Part shown: positions 1-9,525 of the stretch, piece by piece
Position numbering within the stretch: position 1 is the first letter of the stretch
How the letters are laid out: each line of letters opens with the position of its first letter
Virus record (IMG/VR): IMGVR_UViG_3300048895_000023
Location: 1-54,335 of that record
Source of the DNA: a virus
Taxonomy: Duplodnaviria; Caudoviricetes
Reading direction: 5' to 3' (one strand)
DNA length: 54,335 nt
Program-made: the position numbers and the translations under genes
The notes under the pieces: generated by a model
What the model was told of the DNA's origin: nothing
Seen by the model: only the letters and a program-made list of their open reading frames with translations
The model's database searches: none

Positions 1-54
1 CCTCAAAAATTCTCCGGGGGGATATTTCCGGGGGTGTCTGACTACTTTTACCTC

Positions 55-180
55 CGGATTGTGACGGGGGTACCAAGACTATTTCCATGGGTCTTCATCA
101 GCCCTTCTCCTTTCAAGAGTGCGCGTATCGGTCGGGTCCGAAAAGTGCATTAAAAGTCTTGGTACCTCCATCAAAGTCCG
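55..180 (+). ncRNA. candidate structured small RNA with anti-RBS sequence
   Basis: GGGGGTACCAAGACT (66-80) pairs with AGTCTTGGTACCTCC (155-169), extendable with G-U pairs/mismatches to ~55-180; the interior contains TTCTCCTTTCAAGAG (105-119), the reverse complement of the repeated CTCTTGAAAGGAGAA start signal. Confidence 0.5.
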
Positions 181-208
181 TAGTTACATATTAGAATCGA
201 GTGCAAAC

Positions 209-760
209 ATGAAGAAACTAGATGGAAAGTGGCGGGAACATTCTGGACCAGTTACCATCTGGTCTAAGGGATCGGCAGAGCTTATTCCAGATCGTTTGCG
301 TCGCGTCATCACAATTGTAATGCCGATCATCTACCTGCTGTTTTTCCTTTTCGGATTCACAGCAACACTTTCTCCCGTTCCGATTTTTGAAGCGCTCGTT
401 GGAAACCTCTACGGTTCCATCTGGGCCATGCTTATTGCAATTAGCTCGGGCATAAGTTTGGTGGGTCTTATTTACAGACTCCCATTAGAGATCTATAGTG
501 GTATAGTTCTCACGGCACTACTAACAATCTATCCAATCTACATTGTCCTTCTTGTGATTCACGACATATCTCACAACAACTTCTCGCATGTTGGAACGAT
601 CTACGCAGCAGCGTTATTTCCTATCATGCCAGGTTGGCGAGTAGTCGACATAGTTCTTGAACTACGTAAAGCAAGGCAACGACAGTTGTACGCCAAATTC
701 GCTTTGGGGGAAGGCGCCACAAATGATCGAACTACTTCACACGATGAAAGAGCTGAGTGA
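209..760 (+). CDS. multi-pass membrane protein
   Basis: ORF 119..760, more plausible ATG at 209; about four hydrophobic segments. Confidence 0.7.
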   Translation: MKKLDGKWREHSGPVTIWSKGSAELIPDRLRRVITIVMPIIYLLFFLFGFTATLSPVPIFEALVGNLYGSIWAMLIAISSGISLVGLIYRLPLEIYSGIVLTALLTIYPIYIVLLVIHDISHNNFSHVGTIYAAALFPIMPGWRVVDIVLELRKARQRQLYAKFALGEGATNDRTTSHDERAE

Positions 761-1175
761 GCAAGAAGCCAACGTCCAGGTCGCCATCGTGACCGGCGTC
801 TTTGCCTTTCTCGGAATCCTCACTGCAGGACTCCTAGCACGAAAGGGCTCTCATCCTAAAACACCATCCGAGGATCCGGATCTAAACCATAAGGGCCCGG
901 AGTCTTTACTCTCAACCTATTCGGGTGAGCAGAACGACTTCATGCGTTTGGTCATACAGGACAGCAAGACCGTTCACGAACGCCTTGATCGATTCGAGGG
1001 GATCGTAGAACAGATGAAGAAAGAGCGCACACAATTGATTGGCGCCTTTACCCGTTACATCTCAAAGCTCGTTGACTCATGGGGCAGCGGTGGCAAGATG
1101 CCATACCCCGACGACGAGGATTTCAAGATCCTAGAGGAAACTCTTCCCGCTGATTGGAGACGTCGCACTAAGTAA
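723..1175 (+). CDS. single-pass membrane protein
   Basis: ORF 657..1175, ATG 723 after GGGGGAAGG; one TM segment (VAIVTGVFAFLGILTAGLL) then coiled-coil-like region. Confidence 0.65.
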   Translation: MIELLHTMKELSEQEANVQVAIVTGVFAFLGILTAGLLARKGSHPKTPSEDPDLNHKGPESLLSTYSGEQNDFMRLVIQDSKTVHERLDRFEGIVEQMKKERTQLIGAFTRYISKLVDSWGSGGKMPYPDDEDFKILEETLPADWRRRTK

Positions 1176-1194
1176 CCTAAGGAGGTGATGACCC

Positions 1195-1536
1195 ATGGTG
1201 ACCTCACGTAAAGAAACATCCCCTGGAGCGAAACGTCCTCCAGCCACAACCGTCGTAGGCCGAGAGAATCAGTTGATTGCTCTTTCCTATGACATGGCTG
1301 AGAATCAGCTTCGAGCCGGAACGGCGTCATCACAAGTTATGACTCACTTCCTCAAAATGGGTACCGAACGCGAGCGACTTGAGCGACTCAAGTTGGAACA
1401 AGAAACTCTTCTCGCGCAGGCGCGCGTAGAACAACTTGCCTCGGCAGGTCGAATGGAAGCTCTTCAAGAAGAAGCCATCGCCGCTTTCCGAGGGTATCAA
1501 CCTTCACAGGAGACTGACATTGAGTACGAGGACTAG
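1195..1536 (+). CDS. hypothetical protein, possible terminase small subunit
   Basis: strong RBS AAGGAGGTGA; helical small protein upstream of HNH and terminase genes; function from position only. Confidence 0.5.
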   Translation: MVTSRKETSPGAKRPPATTVVGRENQLIALSYDMAENQLRAGTASSQVMTHFLKMGTERERLERLKLEQETLLAQARVEQLASAGRMEALQEEAIAAFRGYQPSQETDIEYED

Positions 1537-1939
1537 ATCATATTCGGAGATGATTCAATTCTCCACTCTTAAGGATCGGTTCGAATATTTAAGACTCCGA
1601 GCATCTGTTGGCGAATCCACCTTCGGTTTCGATCGATGGGTGAACCAGCAATTTTACAGATCAGTAGAGTGGCGAAGGATTCGCGATATTGTGATTGTCC
1701 GAGATCTAGGTTGTGATCTAGCTGTTTCGGACTACGCCATATTAACAGGTCGAATCATCATTCACCACATGAATCCAATCCGGCTCTCTGAGCTAGACGA
1801 ACGTGATCCTGATATTCTAGATCCTGAATACTTGATCACGACTACTCACGATACACATAACGCTATCCACTACGGAGACGAGTCGTTGCTACCGCAGCCA
1901 TTCGTTGAGAGACGCCCAGGCGACACACGTCTGTGGTAA
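1520..1939 (+). CDS. HNH endonuclease (packaging-associated)
   Basis: FYRSVEWRRIRDIVIVRDLGCDL...IIIHHMNP...THNAIHYG; TTG 1520 follows AGGAG. Confidence 0.8.
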   Translation: MSTRTRSYSEMIQFSTLKDRFEYLRLRASVGESTFGFDRWVNQQFYRSVEWRRIRDIVIVRDLGCDLAVSDYAILTGRIIIHHMNPIRLSELDERDPDILDPEYLITTTHDTHNAIHYGDESLLPQPFVERRPGDTRLW

Positions 1940-1955
1940 TTGAAAAGGAGAAACT

Positions 1956-2381
1956 ATGTCTGACGACATTCCATCGTGGCTTCGGCCCGCGGAACCAGCT
2001 GAACCAGTAGACGCAGCACCAGATCCAGAATTCGCAGCTGAGCCCGTCGAGGCCGGCCCCGAAGAAGTTCCTGAGGATGAGGCTCCCGAGGCCGAAACCC
2101 CAGACGAACTCGAAGAAGACACGCTCGAGGACACAGAGGTTGACCCAGGAGAACATCCTGAAGACGACCCAGAGCCCGAAGAGGAAGTTGAACCGGAAGC
2201 GCCAGAAGAGGAACCAGCTCCTGAGCAGGAGACCTACACGGTCCTTGAGGGCGAGAAGCTTTCTGTCATCGCATCCAAGCTCAACGTTCCAGGCGGCTGG
2301 CCCGCCCTCTACGAAGCGAATCGCGAAGCCCTCGGTGCAAGCCCGAAGGTTCACGCTGGTCAGGTCTTGGTCCTTCCGTAA
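1956..2381 (+). CDS. LysM-domain protein with long acidic Pro/Glu-rich N-terminus
   Basis: C-terminal TYTVLEGEKLSVIASKLNVPGGWPALYEANREALG...VHAGQVLVLP fits LysM. Confidence 0.8.
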   Translation: MSDDIPSWLRPAEPAEPVDAAPDPEFAAEPVEAGPEEVPEDEAPEAETPDELEEDTLEDTEVDPGEHPEDDPEPEEEVEPEAPEEEPAPEQETYTVLEGEKLSVIASKLNVPGGWPALYEANREALGASPKVHAGQVLVLP

Positions 2382-2458
2382 TGGACAGAGACACAGTCGG
2401 AGGTTACGAGATTCTCGTCGATCCGATGGACGACCTGCAGTGCGATTCCTGCCAGTAG
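2381..2458 (+). CDS. 25-aa acidic peptide ending in CDSCQ
   Basis: ATG overlaps the upstream TAA (TAATG); translates MDRDTVGGYEILVDPMDDLQCDSCQ; not in the ORF track. Confidence 0.55.
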   Translation: MDRDTVGGYEILVDPMDDLQCDSCQ

Positions 2459-2466
2459 TTTAACTT

Positions 2467-2503
2467 GAAGTGGCCCTATTCAAAATGGGATCAGGGCCAC
2501 TTC
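2467..2503 (+). other. 11-bp hairpin with TCAAAATGG motif in the loop
   Basis: GAAGTGGCCCT-attcaaaatgggatc-AGGGCCACTTC. Confidence 0.6.
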
Positions 2504-2530
2504 TCTAACGTTTTAGGAAAGGAGGCAGCG

Positions 2531-2920
2531 ATGGCTGATGTAACGCCGCCCGAAGTAGATCCGAAAGCTAGCATCCTAATCAGTACAAAGAAAATGCTGC
2601 AGATCGCTGCCGACGATGATTCCTTCGACACGGACATCATCCTCCACATCAACTCAGTATTTTCCATCCTCCAACAGATAGGCCTCGGTCTGACCGACGA
2701 AGAATTTGTTGTCGAGGATGAAACGCAGCTCTGGGAACAGGCCGTAACGTCGCAGAAGAATCTCAACATGATCAAGTCGTACATGTATTTGAAAGTACGA
2801 ACCATGTTTGACCCTGCAGCTAGTGGCTTTGTAACCGACTCGTTCGAACGACAAATCAAAGAATTCGAGTGGCGCATCATGGTTGCTGCCTCATCGACTC
2901 CAAACATCACTGAAAGCTAG
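2531..2920 (+). CDS. putative head-to-tail adaptor/connector
   Basis: RBS GAAAGGAGG; SILISTKKML...FDTDIILHIN...IKSYMYLKVRTMFDP resembles gp6-like connector proteins. Confidence 0.6.
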   Translation: MADVTPPEVDPKASILISTKKMLQIAADDDSFDTDIILHINSVFSILQQIGLGLTDEEFVVEDETQLWEQAVTSQKNLNMIKSYMYLKVRTMFDPAASGFVTDSFERQIKEFEWRIMVAASSTPNITES

Positions 2921-2931
2921 AAGGGAAGCCC

Positions 2932-3363
2932 ATGGCTACAGACGAAGAAGCAATGGAAGATTTCCTAGCACATTTCGGTGTTCTAGGGATGAAGTGGGGT
3001 AAGCACCTACCTGGTCGAGAAGCAACTTCTATCCGCCAACCCCGTCGCAAGGAACTGCATCCTGATCATATCGAGAAGCAGAACCTAAAGCGCAACGGTG
3101 CAAAGCGACTCAGCACGGCAGAGATCAAGAAAGTTAATGATCGAATCCAGGCAGAGCAGAACTACAAGAAGCTTTCTCCTGGAACTGTGGGTAAAGGTAA
3201 GAAGATCATGCTTGGTCTTATTGCTGCTGCGGGTACGGGCGTAACCGTCTACAACATGGTTCAGTCTCCGGCTGGAAAGAAGGCCATCGAGGTTGGCAGT
3301 GCTGCCCTCGACCGGATGGATGATGCTATCTGGAAAGCCGTAGTCAACAACATGTACCAGTAA
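2932..3363 (+). CDS. LAHxGxxGMKWG-leader protein 1 (putative virion protein)
   Basis: N-terminus MATDEEAMEDFLAHFGVLGMKWG, then basic region and hydrophobic segment. Confidence 0.75.
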   Translation: MATDEEAMEDFLAHFGVLGMKWGKHLPGREATSIRQPRRKELHPDHIEKQNLKRNGAKRLSTAEIKKVNDRIQAEQNYKKLSPGTVGKGKKIMLGLIAAAGTGVTVYNMVQSPAGKKAIEVGSAALDRMDDAIWKAVVNNMYQ

Positions 3364-3376
3364 TGAAAGGAGGTTA

Positions 3377-5140
3377 GTGATGAGTCTCTCTAACACGGCC
3401 ACACCAAGATATTTTGGTGAGTTTCGTGATGCCGTACTCCGAGGCGATATTCCTGTAAACAAGGAAATTTCTGCTGAGATGAACCGCATTGAAGAGCTCA
3501 TCGCTAACCCCTTCTATTACTACGATAGCAGGGCGATCGATGGGTTCATTGCATATTGTGAAGCTGAGCTAACCCTCACTGATGGTAGCTCGGTCCATCT
3601 GCTTGATTCTTTCAAACTGTGGGCAGAAGAACTGCTCGCATGGTTCTATTACGTCGAACGTAGCGTCTACGTACCCTCCAAGAATAATCACGGAGGGCAT
3701 TACGAGACCAAGCTTATTAAGAAGCGTTTGACGGTCAAGCAGTATCTCATCGTTGCCCGTGGTGCCGCCAAGTCAATGTATGCTTCGTTCATTCAAGCAT
3801 ATTTTCTTAACATCGACACCACGACAACCCATCAAATCACTACCGCTCCAACGATGAAGCAAGCCGAAGAAGTGATGGCTCCGTTCAGAACGGCTATCAC
3901 GCGCGCGCCAGGACCGCTGTTCAAATATTTGACCGAAGGGTCTCTTCAGAACACAACTGGTAATCGTGCTCTTCGCATGAAGCTGGCATCGACAAAGGTC
4001 GGTATTCAGAACTTCCTCACAGACTCTAGGCTTGAGATTCGACCCATGTCGATTAACAAACTTCAGGGTCTGCGACCAAAGATTTCAACAATCGATGAGT
4101 GGCTATCCGGTGACGTTCGTGAGGATGTTATTGGTGCCATTGAACAGGGCGCATCTAAGGATGACCAGGATTATCTGATCGTGGCGATTAGCTCTGAGGG
4201 AACCGTTCGAAACGGCGCTGGCGATACCATCAAGATGGAGCTCGCTAACATTCTCAAGGGCATTGGTCATCCATCGCCTCACATCTCCATATTCCATTAT
4301 AAGCTCGATTCAATCGAGGAAGTTAATGATGAAGCGATGTGGCCAAAGGCGAATCCAAATCTTGGCTTCACAGTAACCTATGAAGTCTATCAGCTTGATG
4401 TCGAGCGTGCCGAGAACAACCCCTCAGTGCGAAACGATATTCTTGCTAAGCGGTTTGGTATACCCATGGAGGGCTACACATATTTCTTCACTTACGAAGA
4501 AACTCTGCCCTTCACCCCTCGTCGTGACGTTCGTTTTCATGGAATGCGATGTGCGATGGGCGCGGACCTTTCTCAAGGTGATGACTTCACAGCTTTCACA
4601 TTTCTGTTCCCTCTTCCTGATGGATCCTTCGGAGTCAAGACTCGAAGCTATATTTCTCAGAACACCATGCTGAAGCTCCCAGGAGCAATGCGTGCTAAGT
4701 ACGAGGAATTCATCAATGAAGGAAGCCTCCACGTTCTCGAGGGGGTTACCCTTGACATGATGGAAGTCTATGAGGATCTCGATGCACATATTGAGCGATT
4801 CAAGTATGATGTTTGTGCCTTCGGGTATGACCCGTACAATGCTCAAGAGTTCATGCAGCGTTGGCAGAATGAAAACGGTCCCTATGGGATCGAGAAAGTT
4901 ATTCAGGGAGCCAGAACCGAATCGGTACCTCTCGGTGAGCTTAAGAAACTGAGCGAGAATCGAATGCTTATATTCGATGAAGAACTCATGACTTTCGCTA
5001 TGGGTAACTCGGTTACCATGGAAGACACTAATGGTAACCGCAAGCTATTCAAGAAACGCCAAGAGGCAAAGATTGATAATGTGGCCGCTCTAATGGACGC
5101 ATACGTTGCCTATAAGGCACATAAGATGGAATTCGACTAG
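3377..5140 (+). CDS. terL: terminase large subunit
   Basis: Walker A-like VARGAAKS, Walker B STIDEW, nuclease GADLSQGDDFTA and C-terminal KIDNVAALMDA. Confidence 0.93.
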   Translation: MMSLSNTATPRYFGEFRDAVLRGDIPVNKEISAEMNRIEELIANPFYYYDSRAIDGFIAYCEAELTLTDGSSVHLLDSFKLWAEELLAWFYYVERSVYVPSKNNHGGHYETKLIKKRLTVKQYLIVARGAAKSMYASFIQAYFLNIDTTTTHQITTAPTMKQAEEVMAPFRTAITRAPGPLFKYLTEGSLQNTTGNRALRMKLASTKVGIQNFLTDSRLEIRPMSINKLQGLRPKISTIDEWLSGDVREDVIGAIEQGASKDDQDYLIVAISSEGTVRNGAGDTIKMELANILKGIGHPSPHISIFHYKLDSIEEVNDEAMWPKANPNLGFTVTYEVYQLDVERAENNPSVRNDILAKRFGIPMEGYTYFFTYEETLPFTPRRDVRFHGMRCAMGADLSQGDDFTAFTFLFPLPDGSFGVKTRSYISQNTMLKLPGAMRAKYEEFINEGSLHVLEGVTLDMMEVYEDLDAHIERFKYDVCAFGYDPYNAQEFMQRWQNENGPYGIEKVIQGARTESVPLGELKKLSENRMLIFDEELMTFAMGNSVTMEDTNGNRKLFKKRQEAKIDNVAALMDAYVAYKAHKMEFD

Positions 5141-5148
5141 GAGACAAA

Positions 5149-5655
5149 GTGGGAACAAATGAAGAGGATGACACTCTAGAACACCACGGTGTCCTAGGGA
5201 TGCATTGGGGTCAGCATAAGAATCGACAGACATCATATCGTCGAGGGCAAGCTCCCCCGAAACGCAAGGGTCTATCCAAGAACCAAAAGGTAGCTATTGG
5301 CGCTGGAGCCGTCGGAGTGGCTGCGGCCGCGATGCTTGGAGCCGCATTTATCTCTAAGAAGAGTGGGGTTAAACTAAGCTCGATCCCAGGCGCTCAGAGT
5401 CATATGTGGAACCCCAATGAGTTCCAGGATCTTATGGACGCCTTTATAAAGGGCCATAATGAAACGATATTTAGTATGCCTGCAGCAGCAGTTCCTAAGA
5501 CGCACGCGATCATGGACGGCCTTGCTGCCGCCGATCGTTCAGCTCTTAAGTCTGTTCTTGCTACGGGTAGCAAAGACTCTGTTCAGAAGTGGCTGTCAAA
5601 TCACTACAAGGAACTCATTCCTGCGCCAGCTGTACTGGCCGGATTTAAAGGTTAA
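5149..5655 (+). CDS. LxHxGxxGMxWG-leader protein 2
   Basis: EEDDTLEHHGVLGMHWG, basic stretch, hydrophobic segment. Confidence 0.72.
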   Translation: MGTNEEDDTLEHHGVLGMHWGQHKNRQTSYRRGQAPPKRKGLSKNQKVAIGAGAVGVAAAAMLGAAFISKKSGVKLSSIPGAQSHMWNPNEFQDLMDAFIKGHNETIFSMPAAAVPKTHAIMDGLAAADRSALKSVLATGSKDSVQKWLSNHYKELIPAPAVLAGFKG

Positions 5656-5666
5656 GGGGTAATAGT

Positions 5667-6164
5667 ATGGCAACAGATGAAGAGGCAATGGAGGAGTTTC
5701 TAGCTCACTTTGGTGTCCTCGGTATGAAGTGGGGGCAGCACAAGGCTGGAACTAAGCCCGCCGCAGCCACTCGCGACGATATTTACGGAGCTCGAGCTCG
5801 AATCTCTGAGCGAAATGTAGATTCCCGTCTCCACAAGCCGGAACGATCAAACTATTCTTCCGCAAAAATTAAGGCCAACAAGCGCAATAACGAGGTCGAC
5901 CTTAAAGTGGCTCGCAAGAGCGCCAACACTCGTGAAAAGGTAGCTAAGGGTCTTGCTCTTACTGCTGTTATTACTGCTGTTGGTGGAACTGCAGCTGGAC
6001 TAGTAGCAAGCCGAATCGGTGGAAACGCCAAGGTCAAAGCTGGAGCCGATATCCTGGACACGATCCTCACGGGCGTTGCCGGGGCTACGGTTATTGGCGC
6101 TCTTGGAACTGCTGCTTCTGCTAACCGGGCCGAAGAGAAGTACCACGCCCCTAGCTTCAAGTAG
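5667..6164 (+). CDS. LAHxGxxGMKWG-leader protein 3
   Basis: MATDEEAMEEFLAHFGVLGMKWG, nearly identical to the leader of 2932..3363; two hydrophobic Gly/Ala-rich segments. Confidence 0.75.
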   Translation: MATDEEAMEEFLAHFGVLGMKWGQHKAGTKPAAATRDDIYGARARISERNVDSRLHKPERSNYSSAKIKANKRNNEVDLKVARKSANTREKVAKGLALTAVITAVGGTAAGLVASRIGGNAKVKAGADILDTILTGVAGATVIGALGTAASANRAEEKYHAPSFK

Positions 6165-6201
6165 CGGCTATGACGATGATGTAGAAAGGAGGTGACATGT
6201 A

Positions 6202-7515
6202 GTGGTTTCAATATTTGATAGAGCTGCCTCTGGAATGAATCGTCTCGCGCACGCGTGGAATGTTTTCGTAAACCTGCCAGATCAAACAAAAGTACGCACC
6301 GGTTACGGTGGATTCGGTAGTGCAGGAGGCAATCCAAGTAGGGTTCGTCTCTCTACGACAAATGATCGTTCGATCATTACCTCTGTCTACACGCGTGTCG
6401 GCATTGACGCTGCCGCCATAAACATGAGTCATGTCTATCTTGATGAGAACAAACGATATTTGAAGGACGCTAATAGCGGCCTCAACAACTGTCTCACCTT
6501 GCGCGCTAACATCGACCAGGGCGCTCGCGCCTTCCGTCAGGATATTGTGATGTCGCTCTTTGATAAGGGCACAATCGCAATCGTCCCAGTTAACACGTCA
6601 GACATGCCCTTGCCTTCCGGATCTTACGATATTTATTCACTGCGCGTTGGGGAAATCATTGCATGGTATCCCCGGCATGTACGAATTCGTCTCTATAATG
6701 ATATTACCGGTAAGAAGGAAGAGATCACGATGCTTAAGAGCACCGTGGCTATTGTCGAGAACCCGCTATATTCTGTCATGAATGAGCCGAACTCTACTTA
6801 CCAGCGCCTGCTACGGAAGCTTAACCTTCTGGATGCAGTCGATGAGGTAGCTGCTTCGGGCAAGCTTGACATTATTATTCAGCTCCCCTACGTGGTCAAG
6901 AACGACACGAAGCGGGAACAGGCTGATCAGCGAGCTCGAGACATTGAATCTCAGCTCAAGGGATCGAAGTACGGTGTTGCCTACACAGATGGCACTGAGA
7001 AGATCACACAACTCAATCGTCCTGCCGAGAACAACATGCTTGCACAGGTGAAGTTCCTGACAGGAATGCTTTACTCTCAGTTGGGTCTTACGGAGTCCGT
7101 CTTTGACGGAACTGCCGATGAAAAGACTCTCCTGAACTATTACAACCGAACAATTGAGCCGGTTCTTGGCGCCATCGCCGAGGCCATGAAGTACATCTTC
7201 CTAACCCGAACTGCCCGGACGCAGGGACAATCGATCGAGTACTATCGCGATCCGTTCAAGCTTCTTGGAATTCAGGATCTGGCAGAACTTGCTGACAAGC
7301 TCACTCGAAACGAGATTCTTACCTCGAACGAATTCCGCAGTCTGCTCGGCTTTAAGCCGTCGACGGATCCAAACGCGGACAAGCTCCTGAACAAGAATCT
7401 TCCGGTTCAAGCCCAGCCCGGAGAAGCATCAGAGATCACCTCGGTCACGCCTGTGCGCCCGAAGCCTCTAGCTCTTCCTGCTGGAAAAACTGATTCCAAC
7501 GAATCAAAGTCATAA
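6202..7515 (+). CDS. portal protein
   Basis: ~437 aa between terminase and capsid; HK97-like portal C-terminus (ILTSNEFRSLLGFKP). Confidence 0.88.
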   Translation: MVSIFDRAASGMNRLAHAWNVFVNLPDQTKVRTGYGGFGSAGGNPSRVRLSTTNDRSIITSVYTRVGIDAAAINMSHVYLDENKRYLKDANSGLNNCLTLRANIDQGARAFRQDIVMSLFDKGTIAIVPVNTSDMPLPSGSYDIYSLRVGEIIAWYPRHVRIRLYNDITGKKEEITMLKSTVAIVENPLYSVMNEPNSTYQRLLRKLNLLDAVDEVAASGKLDIIIQLPYVVKNDTKREQADQRARDIESQLKGSKYGVAYTDGTEKITQLNRPAENNMLAQVKFLTGMLYSQLGLTESVFDGTADEKTLLNYYNRTIEPVLGAIAEAMKYIFLTRTARTQGQSIEYYRDPFKLLGIQDLAELADKLTRNEILTSNEFRSLLGFKPSTDPNADKLLNKNLPVQAQPGEASEITSVTPVRPKPLALPAGKTDSNESKS

Positions 7516-7533
7516 GAGAGGAGAAAAATCAAA

Positions 7534-9513
7534 ATGGCAGCAGATTTTAGTGGCTGGGCCACTAAGAACGGCATTAAGTGCAGCGATGGTCGAACCATCA
7601 GCAAAGATGCGTTCAAGCACCAGGACCGTATGAGGGTTCCTCTTGTATGGCAGCACCAGCATTCTGGGCCTGAACACGTCATGGGACACGCCATTCTTGA
7701 GAATCGTCCTGAGGGAGTATACACGTATGCTTTCTTCAACGATACCGAGAAGGGAGAGCTAGGAAGGCAGCTTGTCAAGCACGGTGACATCGACAGCCTT
7801 TCGATCTTCGCCCGACGCCTCCAACAGCAGGGCAGCCTTGTCATGCATGGAGACATCACGGAGGTCAGCTTGGTCATGGTGGGGGCTAACCCCGGAGCCA
7901 AGATCGACAATGTAAGCCTCATGCACGGAGATGACATTATCGGTCAGTCCGAGGATGAGGCTATTATCTATACTGGAGAAGAACTCCAGCATGAAGATCC
8001 AGAAGGAGATATTGTGGGAAACCAGAACAAGACGAAGGATGACGAAGATCTTGAACTTAGTCACGTAGACCAGGAGACCGTCGCTGACGTTGTCGAAGGT
8101 TTCACGGACGTAGAGAAGAACGTCGTCGCCTTCTTGATCGGCGAAGCTGTTGCTCAGGCCGAAGGCGATTCAGCGGCACACTCAGTGTCATTCACAGACG
8201 ATGATGAGTTTCTTGCTCACATCGACGAACAAATCCAGGAAGGATTTAGTAACATGGGAAATGTTTTCGAGAACAACGGAGCTACCGTCGCGCACGCGCA
8301 GCGTCCTCGTCTCACCAAGGACCAGCTCCAGACCATTCTCGATGATGGTCCCAAGTTCGGTTCGCTCAAGGAGTCGTTCCTCGCCCACGCGGATGAGTAC
8401 GGCATTGAGGACATCAACCTCCTCTTCCCCGACGCCAAGCTCGACCGCAATGGCATCACGTATGTCTCGCGCCGCATGGAGTGGGTCCAGGACGTTCTGT
8501 CCAAAACGCACCACAGCCCGTTCGCCAAGATCAAGTCGCTCTCGGCTGATCTGACCGCAGACGAGGCTCGTGCTAAGGGTTACGTAAAGGGTAACCTGAA
8601 GAAGGACGAGGTCATCAAGATGCTTCGCCGTACGACCGGTCCGACCACGGTCTACAAGAAGCAGAAGCTCGACCGCGACGACATCATCGACATCACCGAG
8701 GTTGATATTCTCTCCTGGATCCAGGCTGAGATGCGCGTCATGCTCGATGAGGAAATCGCTCGCGCGATCCTCTTCGGCGACAACCGCGAGTCGGATGACC
8801 TCGACAAGATCGATGAGGACTGCGTCCGCCCGGTTGCGTACGACATCGACATGTACAACACCACCGTTGAACTCTCCTCGACTCTTGCTCCCGGAGACCT
8901 CATCGATGCAATCGTCATCGGCCTCAACAACTACAAGGGCTCGGGAACTCCCACGCTGTACACCACGCGTGCGATCTTCACGAAGCTCATCATCAGCAAG
9001 GACACCCTTGGCCGTCGTCTATACGCGACCAAGCAGGAGCTCGCAGCTGCTCTGACCGTTGAGGACATCATCACGGTTGAGGCCATGGAGGACAACAGCG
9101 ACCTGATCGCTGTCTGCGTCAACCTGACCGACTACACCGTTGGTGCTGACAAGGGTGGAGAGATCAACCTCTTCGACTTCTTCGACATCGACTACAACCA
9201 GCAGAAGTTCCTGCTTGAGACCCGCATCTCTGGTGCGCTCACCAAGCCGAAATCGGCTGTTACCTTCGTCATCAACGCAGCGAACGTCGTTACGCCTCAG
9301 GCGCCGACCTTCGTTAACTCGACTGGCGTAGTTACCATCCCGACCCAGGCCGGCGTTGTCTACAAGAACGCTTCGACTGGTGCAGTCCTCGCATCGGGTG
9401 CTCAGGCTCCGATCGCCGTTGGCGCTACGCTCGAGGTCGAGGCCCACCCGGCCACCGGCTACGGCTTCACGCACGACGCTGAGACCGAGTTCGTCTTCAC
9501 TCGTACTGCGTAA
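7534..9513 (+). CDS. prohead protease-scaffold-major capsid fusion with C-terminal Ig-like domain
   Basis: N-terminal HK97-type protease motifs (FSGWA, PLVWQH, SLSI, EVSLVMVGANPGA), acidic linker, capsid-sized domain with strongly biased codon use. Confidence 0.88.
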   Translation: MAADFSGWATKNGIKCSDGRTISKDAFKHQDRMRVPLVWQHQHSGPEHVMGHAILENRPEGVYTYAFFNDTEKGELGRQLVKHGDIDSLSIFARRLQQQGSLVMHGDITEVSLVMVGANPGAKIDNVSLMHGDDIIGQSEDEAIIYTGEELQHEDPEGDIVGNQNKTKDDEDLELSHVDQETVADVVEGFTDVEKNVVAFLIGEAVAQAEGDSAAHSVSFTDDDEFLAHIDEQIQEGFSNMGNVFENNGATVAHAQRPRLTKDQLQTILDDGPKFGSLKESFLAHADEYGIEDINLLFPDAKLDRNGITYVSRRMEWVQDVLSKTHHSPFAKIKSLSADLTADEARAKGYVKGNLKKDEVIKMLRRTTGPTTVYKKQKLDRDDIIDITEVDILSWIQAEMRVMLDEEIARAILFGDNRESDDLDKIDEDCVRPVAYDIDMYNTTVELSSTLAPGDLIDAIVIGLNNYKGSGTPTLYTTRAIFTKLIISKDTLGRRLYATKQELAAALTVEDIITVEAMEDNSDLIAVCVNLTDYTVGADKGGEINLFDFFDIDYNQQKFLLETRISGALTKPKSAVTFVINAANVVTPQAPTFVNSTGVVTIPTQAGVVYKNASTGAVLASGAQAPIAVGATLEVEAHPATGYGFTHDAETEFVFTRTA

Positions 9514-9525
9514 CAATCAGTCAAA

